From Escherichia coli (GTDB lineage: Bacteria; Pseudomonadota; Gammaproteobacteria; Enterobacterales; Enterobacteriaceae): a stretch of DNA of 64,000 bases. Of the stretch, positions 42,047 to 52,171 are shown piece after piece. The stretch is taken from the NCBI RefSeq assembly GCF_016903815.1, contig NZ_CP069973.1; one strand, written 5' to 3'. A program made the position numbers and the translations under genes. The number at the start of each line of letters is the position of its first letter. Position 1 is the first letter of the stretch. Under the pieces are notes generated by a model. It saw only the letters and a program-made list of their open reading frames with translations, was not told where the DNA came from and ran no database searches.

Positions 42047-43027
42047 ATGGTGACAATAAATAACGCAAGAAAGATTCTACAACGTGTCGACACTCTTCCT
42101 CTTTATTTACATGCTTATGCCTTTCATTTAAATATGCGGCTGGAAAGAGTGTTGCCTGCTGATTTACTTGATATCGCAAGTGAAAATAATCTACGTGGCG
42201 TCAAAATCCATGTTCTGGACGGCGAGCGTTTTTCTCTTGGTAATATGGACGATAAAGAACTCTCTGCCTTTGGGGATAAAGCCCGCCGTCTGAACCTTGA
42301 TATTCATATTGAAACCAGCGCTTCAGATAAGGCATCTATTGACGAAGCCGTCGCCATTGCGTTGAAAACTGGGGCATCGTCCGTACGTTTTTATCCACGT
42401 TATGAAGGTAATTTGCGCGACGTATTATCGATCATCGCTAACGACATTGCCTATGTACGGGAAACGTATCAGGACAGCGGCCTGACTTTTACGATCGAAC
42501 AGCATGAAGATTTAAAAAGCCATGAGTTGGTGTCGCTGGTCAAAGAAAGTGAGATGGAATCTCTTTCCTTACTGTTTGATTTTGCGAACATGATCAATGC
42601 AAATGAGCATCCCATCGACGCTTTAAAAACGATGGCACCGCATATTACCCAGGTCCATATCAAAGATGCCTTGATCGTTAAAGAAGAGGGTGGCCTGGGT
42701 CATAAAGCCTGTATTTCAGGTCAGGGTGATATGCCGTTCAAAGCGTTATTAACGCACCTTATATGCCTGGGTGATGATGAGCCGCAGGTGACGGCATATG
42801 GCCTGGAAGAAGAGGTTGATTACTATGCGCCGGCGTTCCGCTTTGAAGACGAAGATGATAATCCGTGGATCTCTTATCGCCAGATGAGTGAAACACCATT
42901 GCCAGAAAATCATTTACTGGATGCGCGGTTACGTAAAGAAAAAGAAGATGCAATTAATCAGATAAATCATGTGCGTAACGTACTACAACAAATCAAACAA
43001 GAGGCAAACCATCTTCTGAACCACTAA
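42047..43027 (+). CDS. yihM: YihM, putative sugar phosphate isomerase/epimerase (TIM barrel), 326 aa
   Basis: Translation MVTINNARKILQRVDTLPLYLHAYAFHLNMRLER...; gene order yihL-yihM-yihN as in K-12. Confidence 0.85.
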   Translation: MVTINNARKILQRVDTLPLYLHAYAFHLNMRLERVLPADLLDIASENNLRGVKIHVLDGERFSLGNMDDKELSAFGDKARRLNLDIHIETSASDKASIDEAVAIALKTGASSVRFYPRYEGNLRDVLSIIANDIAYVRETYQDSGLTFTIEQHEDLKSHELVSLVKESEMESLSLLFDFANMINANEHPIDALKTMAPHITQVHIKDALIVKEEGGLGHKACISGQGDMPFKALLTHLICLGDDEPQVTAYGLEEEVDYYAPAFRFEDEDDNPWISYRQMSETPLPENHLLDARLRKEKEDAINQINHVRNVLQQIKQEANHLLNH

Positions 43028-43128
43028 TAAGTTTTAACTCATACGCAGTTAATAAAACCATTCGATATGAATGGTCGGTATCTTATTGCCTTTAAAACAG
43101 TGATTTTAAAAATCGCTTAGGGGATGTT

Positions 43129-44394
43129 ATGCTCACGAAAAAGAAATGGGCGTTATTTAGTCTATTAACATTGTGTGGCGGTACAATTTATAAATTACCG
43201 TCGCTGAAAGATGCGTTTTATATCCCGATGCAGGAATATTTCCATTTGACCAATGGTCAAATTGGTAATGCTATGTCGGTAAACTCATTTGTCACGACAG
43301 TGGGCTTTTTTCTGTCTATTTATTTTGCCGATAAACTACCGCGCAGATACACCATGTCATTCTCACTCATTGCGACAGGATTACTGGGTGTTTATTTGAC
43401 GACAATGCCGGGGTATTGGGGCATCCTCTTTGTCTGGGCGCTATTTGGCGTTACTTGCGACATGATGAACTGGCCGGTCTTGCTCAAGTCGGTAAGTCGA
43501 TTGGGCAATAGCGAACAACAAGGTCGGTTGTTTGGCTTCTTCGAAACAGGGCGTGGCATTGTCGATACCGTGGTGGCATTTTCTGCGTTGGCAGTATTTA
43601 CCTGGTTTGGCAGTGGCTTATTGGGTTTTAAAGCAGGCATCTGGTTCTATTCCCTTATTGTGATTGCCGTAGGCATTATCATTTTCTTTGTTCTGAATGA
43701 CAAAGAAGAGGCACCGTCCGTTGAGGTGAAAAAAGAAGACGGAGCATCGAAAAACACCAGTATGACCTCGGTGCTGAAAGACAAAACTATCTGGCTTATC
43801 GCTTTCAACGTCTTCTTCGTTTACGCGGTTTACTGTGGCCTGACATTCTTCATTCCATTCCTGAAAAACATCTATCTATTGCCCGTTGCGCTGGTGGGGG
43901 CTTACGGCATCATTAACCAATACTGTCTGAAAATGATTGGTGGACCGATTGGTGGCATGATTTCAGATAAGATCCTGAAATCGCCGAGTAAATATCTATG
44001 CTACACCTTTATCATCAGTACCGCTGCGCTCGTACTGTTGATTATGCTGCCGCACGAAAGTATGCCGGTATATTTAGGGATGGCATGTACGCTGGGCTTT
44101 GGCGCGATAGTCTTTACACAGCGAGCCGTATTTTTTGCACCTATCGGCGAAGCAAAAATTGCTGAAAATAAAACAGGCGCGGCGATGGCGTTGGGTAGCT
44201 TTATTGGTTACGCCCCGGCGATGTTCTGCTTCAGTCTGTATGGCTACATTCTGGATTTAAATCCGGGGATTATTGGCTACAAAATTGTGTTTGGCATTAT
44301 GGCCTGCTTCGCATTCTGTGGTGCGGTGGTTTCCGTAATGCTGGTTAAGCGTATTAGCCAACGTAAGAAAGAGATGCTGGCGGCTGAAGCTTGA
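43129..44394 (+). CDS. yihN: YihN, MFS transporter, 421 aa
   Basis: Translation MLTKKKWALFSLLTLCGGTIYKLPSLKDAFYIPMQEYF... with about 12 predicted hydrophobic segments. Confidence 0.88.
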   Translation: MLTKKKWALFSLLTLCGGTIYKLPSLKDAFYIPMQEYFHLTNGQIGNAMSVNSFVTTVGFFLSIYFADKLPRRYTMSFSLIATGLLGVYLTTMPGYWGILFVWALFGVTCDMMNWPVLLKSVSRLGNSEQQGRLFGFFETGRGIVDTVVAFSALAVFTWFGSGLLGFKAGIWFYSLIVIAVGIIIFFVLNDKEEAPSVEVKKEDGASKNTSMTSVLKDKTIWLIAFNVFFVYAVYCGLTFFIPFLKNIYLLPVALVGAYGIINQYCLKMIGGPIGGMISDKILKSPSKYLCYTFIISTAALVLLIMLPHESMPVYLGMACTLGFGAIVFTQRAVFFAPIGEAKIAENKTGAAMALGSFIGYAPAMFCFSLYGYILDLNPGIIGYKIVFGIMACFAFCGAVVSVMLVKRISQRKKEMLAAEA

Positions 44395-44400
44395 TTAATG

Positions 44401-44478
44401 GCCGGATGTGGCTTAATCCGGCCAACGGAAACCGTATCAACCGTAGGCCGGATAAGGCGTTTTCGCCGCATCCGGCAG
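44401..44478. repeat. REP palindromic units between yihN and ompL
   Basis: gccggatgtggcttaatccggcc ... gtaggccggataaggcgttttcgccgcatccggca. Confidence 0.65.
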
Positions 44479-44485
44479 TTTTACA

Positions 44486-45178
44486 TCAGAAGAAATACTT
44501 CGTCCCGATACGAATCTGGTTTTGCTCGCGGTGGTACGGTTCGACATTACGATCTAACCAGCGTAATTCGAAATAAGGGAGCCAGTGTTCATTAATGCGA
44601 TAACGGAAGGTGTTAGTGATTTCCCAGTGATGATCTTTTCCATTGCTGCTATTAAAGTCATTTACTCGCATGAAGTAATGTGGTTCAAATGTATAGGAGA
44701 ATTTCTCGGTGATTTTAAAATTCCAGTAGGTGCCAACTTCATAGGTGTCGTTATTATCCAATTCGCCGTTCAAATCTGTAGAGCTGTAATTATTATGGTT
44801 ATAGCGATTACGCACCGTCAGGTTAAACCACGGAGTAAATTTGTAGTTAACATCCAGATAAACGGCACCACCCGAACCGATACTCTTGTCATTAATTAAG
44901 CCACCGGGCTGGATGGTTAATTTATCGGTTGGTTTAAATAAAGGATACCAACCTTCAATTTCATTATAGCCATGTTTGAGTTCATCTTCTCGCTGAAAGG
45001 TGTAGGTATTGGTTAACATAATACCCGCGCCCATATCGAAGTTATAACCCACGCGTAGCATAACTTCGCCCTGATCGGAGGCGAGATTATATGCCTCCCT
45101 GTTTTCGACGTATGCGCCAGCAAATACCGAGGCAGAGGTCAGAGAGGATAATAGAATTATTGCATTAATCTTTTTCAT
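44486..45178 (-). CDS. ompL: Outer membrane porin OmpL (230 aa)
   Basis: Track ORF 44486..45244; the internal start gives MKKINAIILLSSLTSASVFAGAYVENREAYN... and the C-terminal ...RIGTKYFF beta-barrel signature. Confidence 0.9.
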   Translation of the reverse strand: MKKINAIILLSSLTSASVFAGAYVENREAYNLASDQGEVMLRVGYNFDMGAGIMLTNTYTFQREDELKHGYNEIEGWYPLFKPTDKLTIQPGGLINDKSIGSGGAVYLDVNYKFTPWFNLTVRNRYNHNNYSSTDLNGELDNNDTYEVGTYWNFKITEKFSYTFEPHYFMRVNDFNSSNGKDHHWEITNTFRYRINEHWLPYFELRWLDRNVEPYHREQNQIRIGTKYFF

Positions 45179-45244
45179 AATAAGTCCATTTTTAAACGTA
45201 GGGAGGCCGCCACCCACCAGGATGGAAATAGCGGCTATTGACAT

Positions 45245-46648
45245 TTATAACGTTACGGAAGCCGTTTTTTCTTCTGTCGCCATCTCTTTATTTTTGCGTT
45301 GGTTGATTTCCTCAATAATCAATGCAAACCGTTTTTCATTGAGTGTGTAAAAGAATCCCATCGTCAATGCAGCAATAATTGCCAGTGCACAAGGCCAGAT
45401 AAAAATGAGCTGACGCAAACCCTGTAATGTCGCATCACTTTGCGCGATGTTGGGAACATAACCGATTTGCGTCAGCATAATGCCTGGCAAGAAGCCAGCA
45501 AGTGCGGCAGAAATTTTACGAAAGAAGGTATAACCGGTATAAACAGAACCTTCGGCACGAATACCGGTTTTCCATTCACCGTAATCTACGGTATCTGGCA
45601 CCAGTGCCCAGTTCAGGCTGTTTACAAAGGCCGTGCCAAAAAAGGCGACACAAGAGAACATGACGAAAGTGAAAGAGTTACTTCCCCAGAAATAATTCAG
45701 GATATCACCAACCGCCCATAGCACCATGCCAGCTAAATAAACCTGTTTTTTACCAAAACATTTTACAGTTAATGGCACCAGTAATACGCCGACGAGGATA
45801 CATCCCATACTGAAAAATCCCATCCACGACAATAAATTAATATCATTCAGCACATACTGGGTGTAATAGACCTGAATCGCCAGTTTGATATTAAATGCCG
45901 CCAGGGTACACAGGTTAGCAATGCACAAAACCAGCAATGGCGGATTACGAAATATCGCGCAAAAAGATTTGAGAATACTGGCTTTATGTCCGGTTGGCGT
46001 CGTGTCCACATAATGCTCTTTGACGCCTCTGTAGCACAGCATCATAAAAATAAAGCCACCAATGGAGAACATCAGTGCCGCGCAGGCATAACCGACGGTG
46101 GAGTCAGAAAAAAGCGACTGCAACGGAATAAACGCCACGGTACAAATCAATAGCCCTATGGTTGCACCACCCTGGCGGTAAGCCGCGAGCTGCGCGCGCT
46201 CATTCGGGTTTTTGGTAATTGCCGGGATCATCGCACCATACGAGCAGTTCATCAGACTGTATGAAAGTCCAAACATCATAAACAGTGCGGTGGCAATCGT
46301 CGTTTTAACCGGCAAACTAAAGGTGGTGGCGATAAACTGGAGCGTTGCAATTAACGCCGCCGGAACCGCTGCATATAAAATAAAGGGACGAAATTTGCCT
46401 TTAGGCCCAATATTTTTCCGCGAGTCGAGTAAAAATCCGGTGAGCATATCGGTAAACGCGGTAAAAAACTTCGCCACCAGAAAGATAATCCCGCCATAGT
46501 AAGCAGGCATCCCTAATTCATCGGTATAAAATTTGAGGAGATACAGAGTACCGATGCAGAGCATTAAATTCGAACCGACGTCGCCCATACCATAGGCGAT
46601 TTTTTCCCGCAGATTCAGTCTTAATGTCAGTGGATTATGGTCAGACAT
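45245..46648 (-). CDS. yihO: YihO, GPH-family (MelB-like) sulfoquinovose importer, 467 aa
   Basis: Translation MSDHNPLTLRLNLREKIAYGMGDVGSNLMLCIGTLYLLKFYTDELGMPAYYGGIIFL.... Confidence 0.92.
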   Translation of the reverse strand: MSDHNPLTLRLNLREKIAYGMGDVGSNLMLCIGTLYLLKFYTDELGMPAYYGGIIFLVAKFFTAFTDMLTGFLLDSRKNIGPKGKFRPFILYAAVPAALIATLQFIATTFSLPVKTTIATALFMMFGLSYSLMNCSYGAMIPAITKNPNERAQLAAYRQGGATIGLLICTVAFIPLQSLFSDSTVGYACAALMFSIGGFIFMMLCYRGVKEHYVDTTPTGHKASILKSFCAIFRNPPLLVLCIANLCTLAAFNIKLAIQVYYTQYVLNDINLLSWMGFFSMGCILVGVLLVPLTVKCFGKKQVYLAGMVLWAVGDILNYFWGSNSFTFVMFSCVAFFGTAFVNSLNWALVPDTVDYGEWKTGIRAEGSVYTGYTFFRKISAALAGFLPGIMLTQIGYVPNIAQSDATLQGLRQLIFIWPCALAIIAALTMGFFYTLNEKRFALIIEEINQRKNKEMATEEKTASVTL

Positions 46649-46690
46649 AATCACTCCTTATAACGCCCCGCAGGGCGTTGTTTATTATAA

Positions 46691-48076
46691 TTACGCCGTG
46701 CGTTTACGGGCTTCTATCTCTTCAACAATGCGGACGTACATCTTCTCGTTCAGACTGTAGAAGCAACCCATCGCCACAATGGTGACTACTGCCAGTGCGC
46801 TTGGGTAGATGAAGATCAGCTGGCGCAACCCTTCAATGGTGTGGTCAGCCTGTGCGACGTTTGGCACATAGCCGATTTGCGTCAGCATCCAGCCTGGGAA
46901 GAAACCTGCCAGCGCCTGAGATACTTTGCGAAAGAAGGTGAAGCCGGTGTAGACCGTACCTTCCGAACGCACACCGGTGCGCCACTCGCCGTACTCGACG
47001 GTGTCGGAAACCAGCGCCCAGTTCAGGCTGTTAACAAACGCCGAGCCGAAGAATGCCAGGCAGGAGAACGCCACAAAGCTGACCGAGCCGCCGCCGAAGA
47101 AATAGTTGAGCAGATCGCCCAGCACCCAAATCAGCAGGCCGCCGATATAGACCTTCTTCTTACCAAAACGTCTGACTGCGCCAGGCATCAGGAACACGCC
47201 GATGAAAATACAGCCCATGCTGAAAAATCCCATATACGACAACAGGATGGGATCGTTAAGTACGTACTGGGTGTAATAGACCTGGATGGCGAGCTTGACG
47301 TTAAACGCCCCTAAAGTGCAGAGGTTGGCAATGCACAGAATGAACAGCGGGCGGTTACCGGCAATTGCGCGGAAAGATTGCAACAGGCCTGGCTTTTGCG
47401 CCGGATTGGTAGGTTGGGTTTCGACATAACGCTCTTTCACGCCCGAGTAGCAGATCCACATAAACAGCAGGCCGAACAGTGAAAACAGCGTGGCAGCGAA
47501 GATATAGCCAATTTGCTGATTACCTTCGATAAGATTCATAACCGGCACGAATCCCACCGTACACAGCAGTAAGCCCAATGTAGCGCCACCCTGACGCCAT
47601 GCTGCCAGCGATGCGCGTTCGTTGGGGTTTTTGGTAATAGCGGGGACCATTGCGCCGTAGGAGCAGTTCATCATGCTGAAAAACAGCCCGTAGAGCATAA
47701 ACAGAATAGTGGCCATCACCGTTTTACCGGTGACATCAAACGGTGTGCCGACAAAGTTGGCGATCGCCAGCAGAGTGACCGGGAATGATGCATACAGAAT
47801 AAAAGGGCGGAATTTGCCTTTTGGACCGATCTTGCGCCGGGAATCGAGCATGATGCCGGTACCCATATCGGTAAAGGCGGTAAAGAATTTCGAGATCAAA
47901 AAGATAATGCCGCCATAGGTGCCGGGCAGCCCCAGAACGTCGGTATAAAACTTCAAAAGATAAAGCGTGCCGATATCCAGCAGGATGTTAGAGGCCAGAT
48001 CGCCGATACCGTAAGAGAGTTTCTCTTTAAAGGGCAGACGTAAAGTAGCCGGATCTTCCGTTGTGATGTGACTCAT
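46691..48076 (-). CDS. yihP: YihP, GPH-family transporter, paralog of YihO
   Basis: Track ORF 46691..48109; the internal start gives MSHITTEDPATLRLPFKEKLSYGIGDLASNILLDIGTLYLLKFYTDVLG.... Confidence 0.92.
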   Translation of the reverse strand: MSHITTEDPATLRLPFKEKLSYGIGDLASNILLDIGTLYLLKFYTDVLGLPGTYGGIIFLISKFFTAFTDMGTGIMLDSRRKIGPKGKFRPFILYASFPVTLLAIANFVGTPFDVTGKTVMATILFMLYGLFFSMMNCSYGAMVPAITKNPNERASLAAWRQGGATLGLLLCTVGFVPVMNLIEGNQQIGYIFAATLFSLFGLLFMWICYSGVKERYVETQPTNPAQKPGLLQSFRAIAGNRPLFILCIANLCTLGAFNVKLAIQVYYTQYVLNDPILLSYMGFFSMGCIFIGVFLMPGAVRRFGKKKVYIGGLLIWVLGDLLNYFFGGGSVSFVAFSCLAFFGSAFVNSLNWALVSDTVEYGEWRTGVRSEGTVYTGFTFFRKVSQALAGFFPGWMLTQIGYVPNVAQADHTIEGLRQLIFIYPSALAVVTIVAMGCFYSLNEKMYVRIVEEIEARKRTA

Positions 48077-48121
48077 CGTTGTTCTCCCTTTGCCCGTGAG
48101 TTTCCCCACGGGCGGACGTGA

Positions 48122-50158
48122 TTAGATGCTTTTTAACGACGCGAACAGTGCCGCCCATTCGCTATCGGCGCGATAAAAGACCGGCGGCTTGCCGATGGGC
48201 GCATTAACGGTCACTTCCCCGCCCCGGAATGCTTCACCCGTCCAGGCATGGACCCAGTTATCCTCCGGCAGATAGAGCGTCCAGTCGCTACGGCCTTCTT
48301 CATGCACCGGAGCGACCAGAATGTCGCGGCCTAACAGGTACTGATATTTCAGGGTGTAGGTCTGCGCGTCGTCTTCGTAATGCAGGAACAGCGGGCGCAT
48401 GACCGGCAGACCGGACTTCGCATTCAGCGCGACGGCCTCTTTCAGATAAGGTTTCAGGGTGGTGAAGACGGTGGTCATACGGGCGAAATGGGCGATGGTT
48501 TCCGCGTCGCCGTCAAACTGCCAGTTGTCGCCAGGACGGTTACCTTCGTGGGTGCGCATCATCGGCGTGAAGGCGCTGAAATCGCACCAGCGCAGCAGCA
48601 GCTCTTTGCTGCGCTTCATCTCAAACAGGGTGGTGTAACCGCCAATGTCGCTGTGATGCAGGCCATGTCCGGTCATTGCCAGCGACAGCGCCGCCGGGAC
48701 AACCGACGCCAGGCCATCGTCGAGACTCCAGTCGACGTTCTGGTCGCCCGCCCACATCATGGTGGAGTATTTCTGGCTACCGGTAGAACCGGCGCGCATA
48801 AAGAAGAGGATCTCGCCGAGCTTGCCCGTTTCTTCAAGGGCTTCGTAGTTACATTTCGCCCACAGCGCAGGCCAGGCGTTATGCATAATTTCCGCGCTGA
48901 CGCCGTTATGCAGGTACGTGTCGGTGGGCAGATACTCGCCGAAGTCAGCCATCCAGCCGCCGCAGCCAAGTTCAATCATGTTCTTTTTGATCACTTCCTT
49001 GAACCAGGCGTAGGCTTCTGGATTGGTGAGGTCGACAACGCCGCCATAGAACTCGCCAAACTCCACCAGATAGTCGCCGCCAGAGGCATCTTTTGCCAGA
49101 TAACCGCGCTTTGCCGCCTCTTCGCAGAGATCTTTATCGCTGGCTACATACGGGTTGATATAGGCCAGGAACTGCACGCCCTCTTTGTTCCACTGCTTAA
49201 TACGTGAGTCCAGTTGCGGATAGTTTTCGCTGTTCCACTTCCAGTTCCACATTACGCGTTTGCCAAAAGAGGTCATACGGATCCCGGACCAGTCCTGCGC
49301 CCAGATGCCGTTAACCTTCACACCCGCGTTACGCATGGTGTCCAGTTTCTTCTGACACACTTCCGTCCCGCCCTGAATGCCGAGCGTTACCCCGTCATAA
49401 ATCCAGTCGGGCAGTTCTGGCTGGCGTCCCAGCAGGGCAGTTAATTTTTCCAGCAGGGAGATGTATGTATCAGCACATTCAAAACGCAGCGTTGCTTTGT
49501 CTTCCCACAGCGCCAGTTCATGGTATTCCGGGGCGCTAAAGTCGAAGTTCATGTAGCAACTGTTATCAACATGGCAGTAATACTTCTGCGTGCTGACAAA
49601 CGTAGGCTGTGGGAAGAAAGTCCAGTAATAGTCGCCGCCCGCGTTCTCTTTGCAGTCGGCCTGCCAGGTGACATAGGTTTGCTTGTTGCGACCAACGCCT
49701 TGTTCACTGGTCCATAGCGGGAACGGTTTGCCGCGCAGATCGAAGTAGGAAAACTGTTCGCCGCAGCCGTAGATATGGTCCTCTGGTTGAGCGGCAAGGC
49801 GCAGCCAGATGCGGTTGTGGTTAAGGTTGTCGTTTTGTAGTTCCAGCAATAAACGGCCCTGATCGTCGGCAGAGATATTCAGCGTGGCGCTAATGTCAGA
49901 ACCACGGCTGAAATGGATTAACCAACCATCCGGTGACTGGCTGACGATGGCGTCGGTAAGCGCAATTTTCTCCTGTAGTTTATCTTTAATGCTGAAATTG
50001 CCGCGGAACATATCGATATCCGCAATACCTGAACCAATCCATAAACAAGGATTATCTTTGCTATGGGTTAAAATAAGACGCTGTTGAAAATGTAGGGTAA
50101 AACAGTCGTTATTCTGATGAAACTGAAAATCTGGTAATTGTGGGCGTGGCGTATCCAT
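48122..50158 (-). CDS. yihQ: Sulfoquinovosidase YihQ (GH31), 678 aa
   Basis: Translation MDTPRPQLPDFQFHQNNDCFTLHFQQRLILTHSKDNPCLWIGSG... matches YihQ. Confidence 0.95.
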   Translation of the reverse strand: MDTPRPQLPDFQFHQNNDCFTLHFQQRLILTHSKDNPCLWIGSGIADIDMFRGNFSIKDKLQEKIALTDAIVSQSPDGWLIHFSRGSDISATLNISADDQGRLLLELQNDNLNHNRIWLRLAAQPEDHIYGCGEQFSYFDLRGKPFPLWTSEQGVGRNKQTYVTWQADCKENAGGDYYWTFFPQPTFVSTQKYYCHVDNSCYMNFDFSAPEYHELALWEDKATLRFECADTYISLLEKLTALLGRQPELPDWIYDGVTLGIQGGTEVCQKKLDTMRNAGVKVNGIWAQDWSGIRMTSFGKRVMWNWKWNSENYPQLDSRIKQWNKEGVQFLAYINPYVASDKDLCEEAAKRGYLAKDASGGDYLVEFGEFYGGVVDLTNPEAYAWFKEVIKKNMIELGCGGWMADFGEYLPTDTYLHNGVSAEIMHNAWPALWAKCNYEALEETGKLGEILFFMRAGSTGSQKYSTMMWAGDQNVDWSLDDGLASVVPAALSLAMTGHGLHHSDIGGYTTLFEMKRSKELLLRWCDFSAFTPMMRTHEGNRPGDNWQFDGDAETIAHFARMTTVFTTLKPYLKEAVALNAKSGLPVMRPLFLHYEDDAQTYTLKYQYLLGRDILVAPVHEEGRSDWTLYLPEDNWVHAWTGEAFRGGEVTVNAPIGKPPVFYRADSEWAALFASLKSI

Positions 50159-50265
50159 AAATAATCTCCATAGAGTATAAAGCTAATATTTCATGCCATC
50201 CTGTTGTTACAGGTTTCATTAATTAAAGAATGTGTGCGGGTATAAATTAAAACCCGCATAAGTGA

Positions 50266-51141
50266 TTATTTACTTTCTTCAGCCCGGCGGATTGCCGCCA
50301 CTTTTTTACCAAATGCCAGTTGCAGTATAACTAACAAGGTAAAAGGAGGCAGAAGCGCGGCAGCAGCGGGAATTCCCAGCGCGCCTTTTATCAACATAGA
50401 ACCGGAGGCAATCAGCAACAAAAAGACCATCACACGGAACACTTTGACTGAAATGCGTTTATGCACATATTGTCCAACCAGTGAACCGAGGATCATGGTG
50501 GGAATACAAAACAGCACCAGTTTAAAGATAGAAACAGTCAAAATTCCGCTGGTCGCCAGCCCGCCGATCACCGCGATGTTGTTTGCGGTGAAGAAAGCGT
50601 TCAGAGTGCCACGAAATGCCGCCGGGCCTAAGTTACGCAGCATACCGTAGATAACCATCGGCGGTCCGTTGGTTGAGAACGCCGCGCCTAATGCGCCAGC
50701 TACTGCGCCGATAGGTGCGGCGATCCAGTTACGGTCATAAATCGGCAGGCGAGGAATAAACATGCTGTAAAACGAGTAAAGGATAAGGAATCCGCCTAAG
50801 CCCACTTTCATAAAATGGTCGGGTAAATACGACAGCGCATATAAACCGACGGGTATTCCCAGAAACGAGAAAATAATCAGTACCATTGCCGATCGCCAAT
50901 CCGTTTCTTTACGTGACAGCCAGGTGGCGTACAAGGCGGTCGCGGTGCCGACAATCACCGAGAGCGGAGTTGCCATTTTTACGGGGAGCATTAACGTGAC
51001 GAGCGGCATAGTGGTTAAACCACCGCCAAATCCCGCGCATATCCCCACAAAGGTATAAAGAAACATTAACGCGATAACGATACATACCACGCTTGTTTCC
51101 ACCATGGCCCCATCCGGCGAAAATAACGTAAAAAAGTCCAT
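50266..51141 (-). CDS. TauE/SafE (DUF81) family anion permease-like membrane protein, 291 aa; not in the K-12 yih cluster as I recall it
   Basis: Translation MDFFTLFSPDGAMVETSVVCIVIALMFLYTFVGICAGFGGGLTTMPLV...; highly hydrophobic with about 8 predicted helices and the GxGGG helix motif typical of TauE/SafE/YfcA proteins; sits between yihQ and yihR on the same strand. Confidence 0.8.
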   Translation of the reverse strand: MDFFTLFSPDGAMVETSVVCIVIALMFLYTFVGICAGFGGGLTTMPLVTLMLPVKMATPLSVIVGTATALYATWLSRKETDWRSAMVLIIFSFLGIPVGLYALSYLPDHFMKVGLGGFLILYSFYSMFIPRLPIYDRNWIAAPIGAVAGALGAAFSTNGPPMVIYGMLRNLGPAAFRGTLNAFFTANNIAVIGGLATSGILTVSIFKLVLFCIPTMILGSLVGQYVHKRISVKVFRVMVFLLLIASGSMLIKGALGIPAAAALLPPFTLLVILQLAFGKKVAAIRRAEESK

Positions 51142-51201
51142 AATATTTCCTGTTGTGTAAATACAACCCTAAACAATGATCTCGTTCTTTTCTTAATAAA
51201 A

Positions 51202-52113
51202 TTAATTGTGCTGCCCGTGAATATTAAAAAACAGGCGGTGCGTTTTTCCTGGTTCCAGTAATAATAAGTCGATACCTGAATTAAAGGCGTTAGGCGGGCA
51301 ACTCATAGGTTCAACTGCCAGTCCCTGACGCTGTAATTTTTCACCGCTATAAACCTGCACCCAGGGTTGATCGGAACAGAGGCTCACCGAAAGCGCCTGT
51401 TGTGGATGGGTAATGGTTATTTCCCACAGATCATTAGCGGTTTTAAAGGTATGGTCTATTTTTGTCGCGGCTATTTTTGTCGCCCGCGTGAAATTTAAAT
51501 TCAGCTCATCAACGTGGTGAAGCGTTGTCGGATTTGCGTGCTCATCGACGGCATAAACCTGTTCTGCCGGAAGCTGGAAAAGATAGTCATCAACAGATGT
51601 TAAGTTGCAGGTTAAATAAGGATGAATACCCACACCATAAGGTGCGGTCACAGTACCAATATTCTGGCTTGCGATCTCAACGGAAAGACCCGTGCGTGCA
51701 TTGAGCGAATAAACAACTTGTGAAGCCAGCATAAACGGATAGCCGTAACTGGGCGGCAGAAAAGCTGTCAGGGTAACGCTGGTGGCGGTTAATTCGCTAA
51801 TTTGCCAGTCACGCCAGGCAAGCAGCCCGTGAATAGCGGCTTTTGAACTATGTTCATTAATGGGTAACTGATAGTCCTGCCCCTGATAGCGATAACAGCC
51901 GTTGGCGATCCGGTTCGGCCACGGAATAAGCACTTTACCCAGATGCGCCAGCGGCATCTCTTCGGGTTTGTGCGGGATGACTAAATGACAACCCTGAAAG
52001 GTTAATTCAGCCAGACCAGCACCAACCGTCACGATAGTCGCGTGATAATCCCCCGCGGCAAGTGAAACGGTTTGTCCACTGCAATGCATGTTGGTGATTT
52101 GCATACGAGGCAC
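51202..52113 (-). CDS. yihR: YihR, aldose-1-epimerase family (sulfoquinovose mutarotase)
   Basis: Translation MPRMQITNMHCSGQTVSLAAGDYHATIVTVGAGLAELTFQGCHLVIPHKPEEMPLAHLGK...; the start may instead be the internal MQITNM. Confidence 0.9.
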   Translation of the reverse strand: MPRMQITNMHCSGQTVSLAAGDYHATIVTVGAGLAELTFQGCHLVIPHKPEEMPLAHLGKVLIPWPNRIANGCYRYQGQDYQLPINEHSSKAAIHGLLAWRDWQISELTATSVTLTAFLPPSYGYPFMLASQVVYSLNARTGLSVEIASQNIGTVTAPYGVGIHPYLTCNLTSVDDYLFQLPAEQVYAVDEHANPTTLHHVDELNLNFTRATKIAATKIDHTFKTANDLWEITITHPQQALSVSLCSDQPWVQVYSGEKLQRQGLAVEPMSCPPNAFNSGIDLLLLEPGKTHRLFFNIHGQHN

Positions 52114-52171
52114 CTTTATTGAATAACGACATACCCGGCATGTAGCCTGATATGCCGTTATTTCAGCTCAG

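Noticed and set aside
50235-50256. Hairpin gcgggt-N10-acccgc between the TauE-like gene and yihQ, possibly a terminator
   Set aside because: The loop is long and AT-rich and there is no T-run on the relevant (minus) strand; too weak to call.
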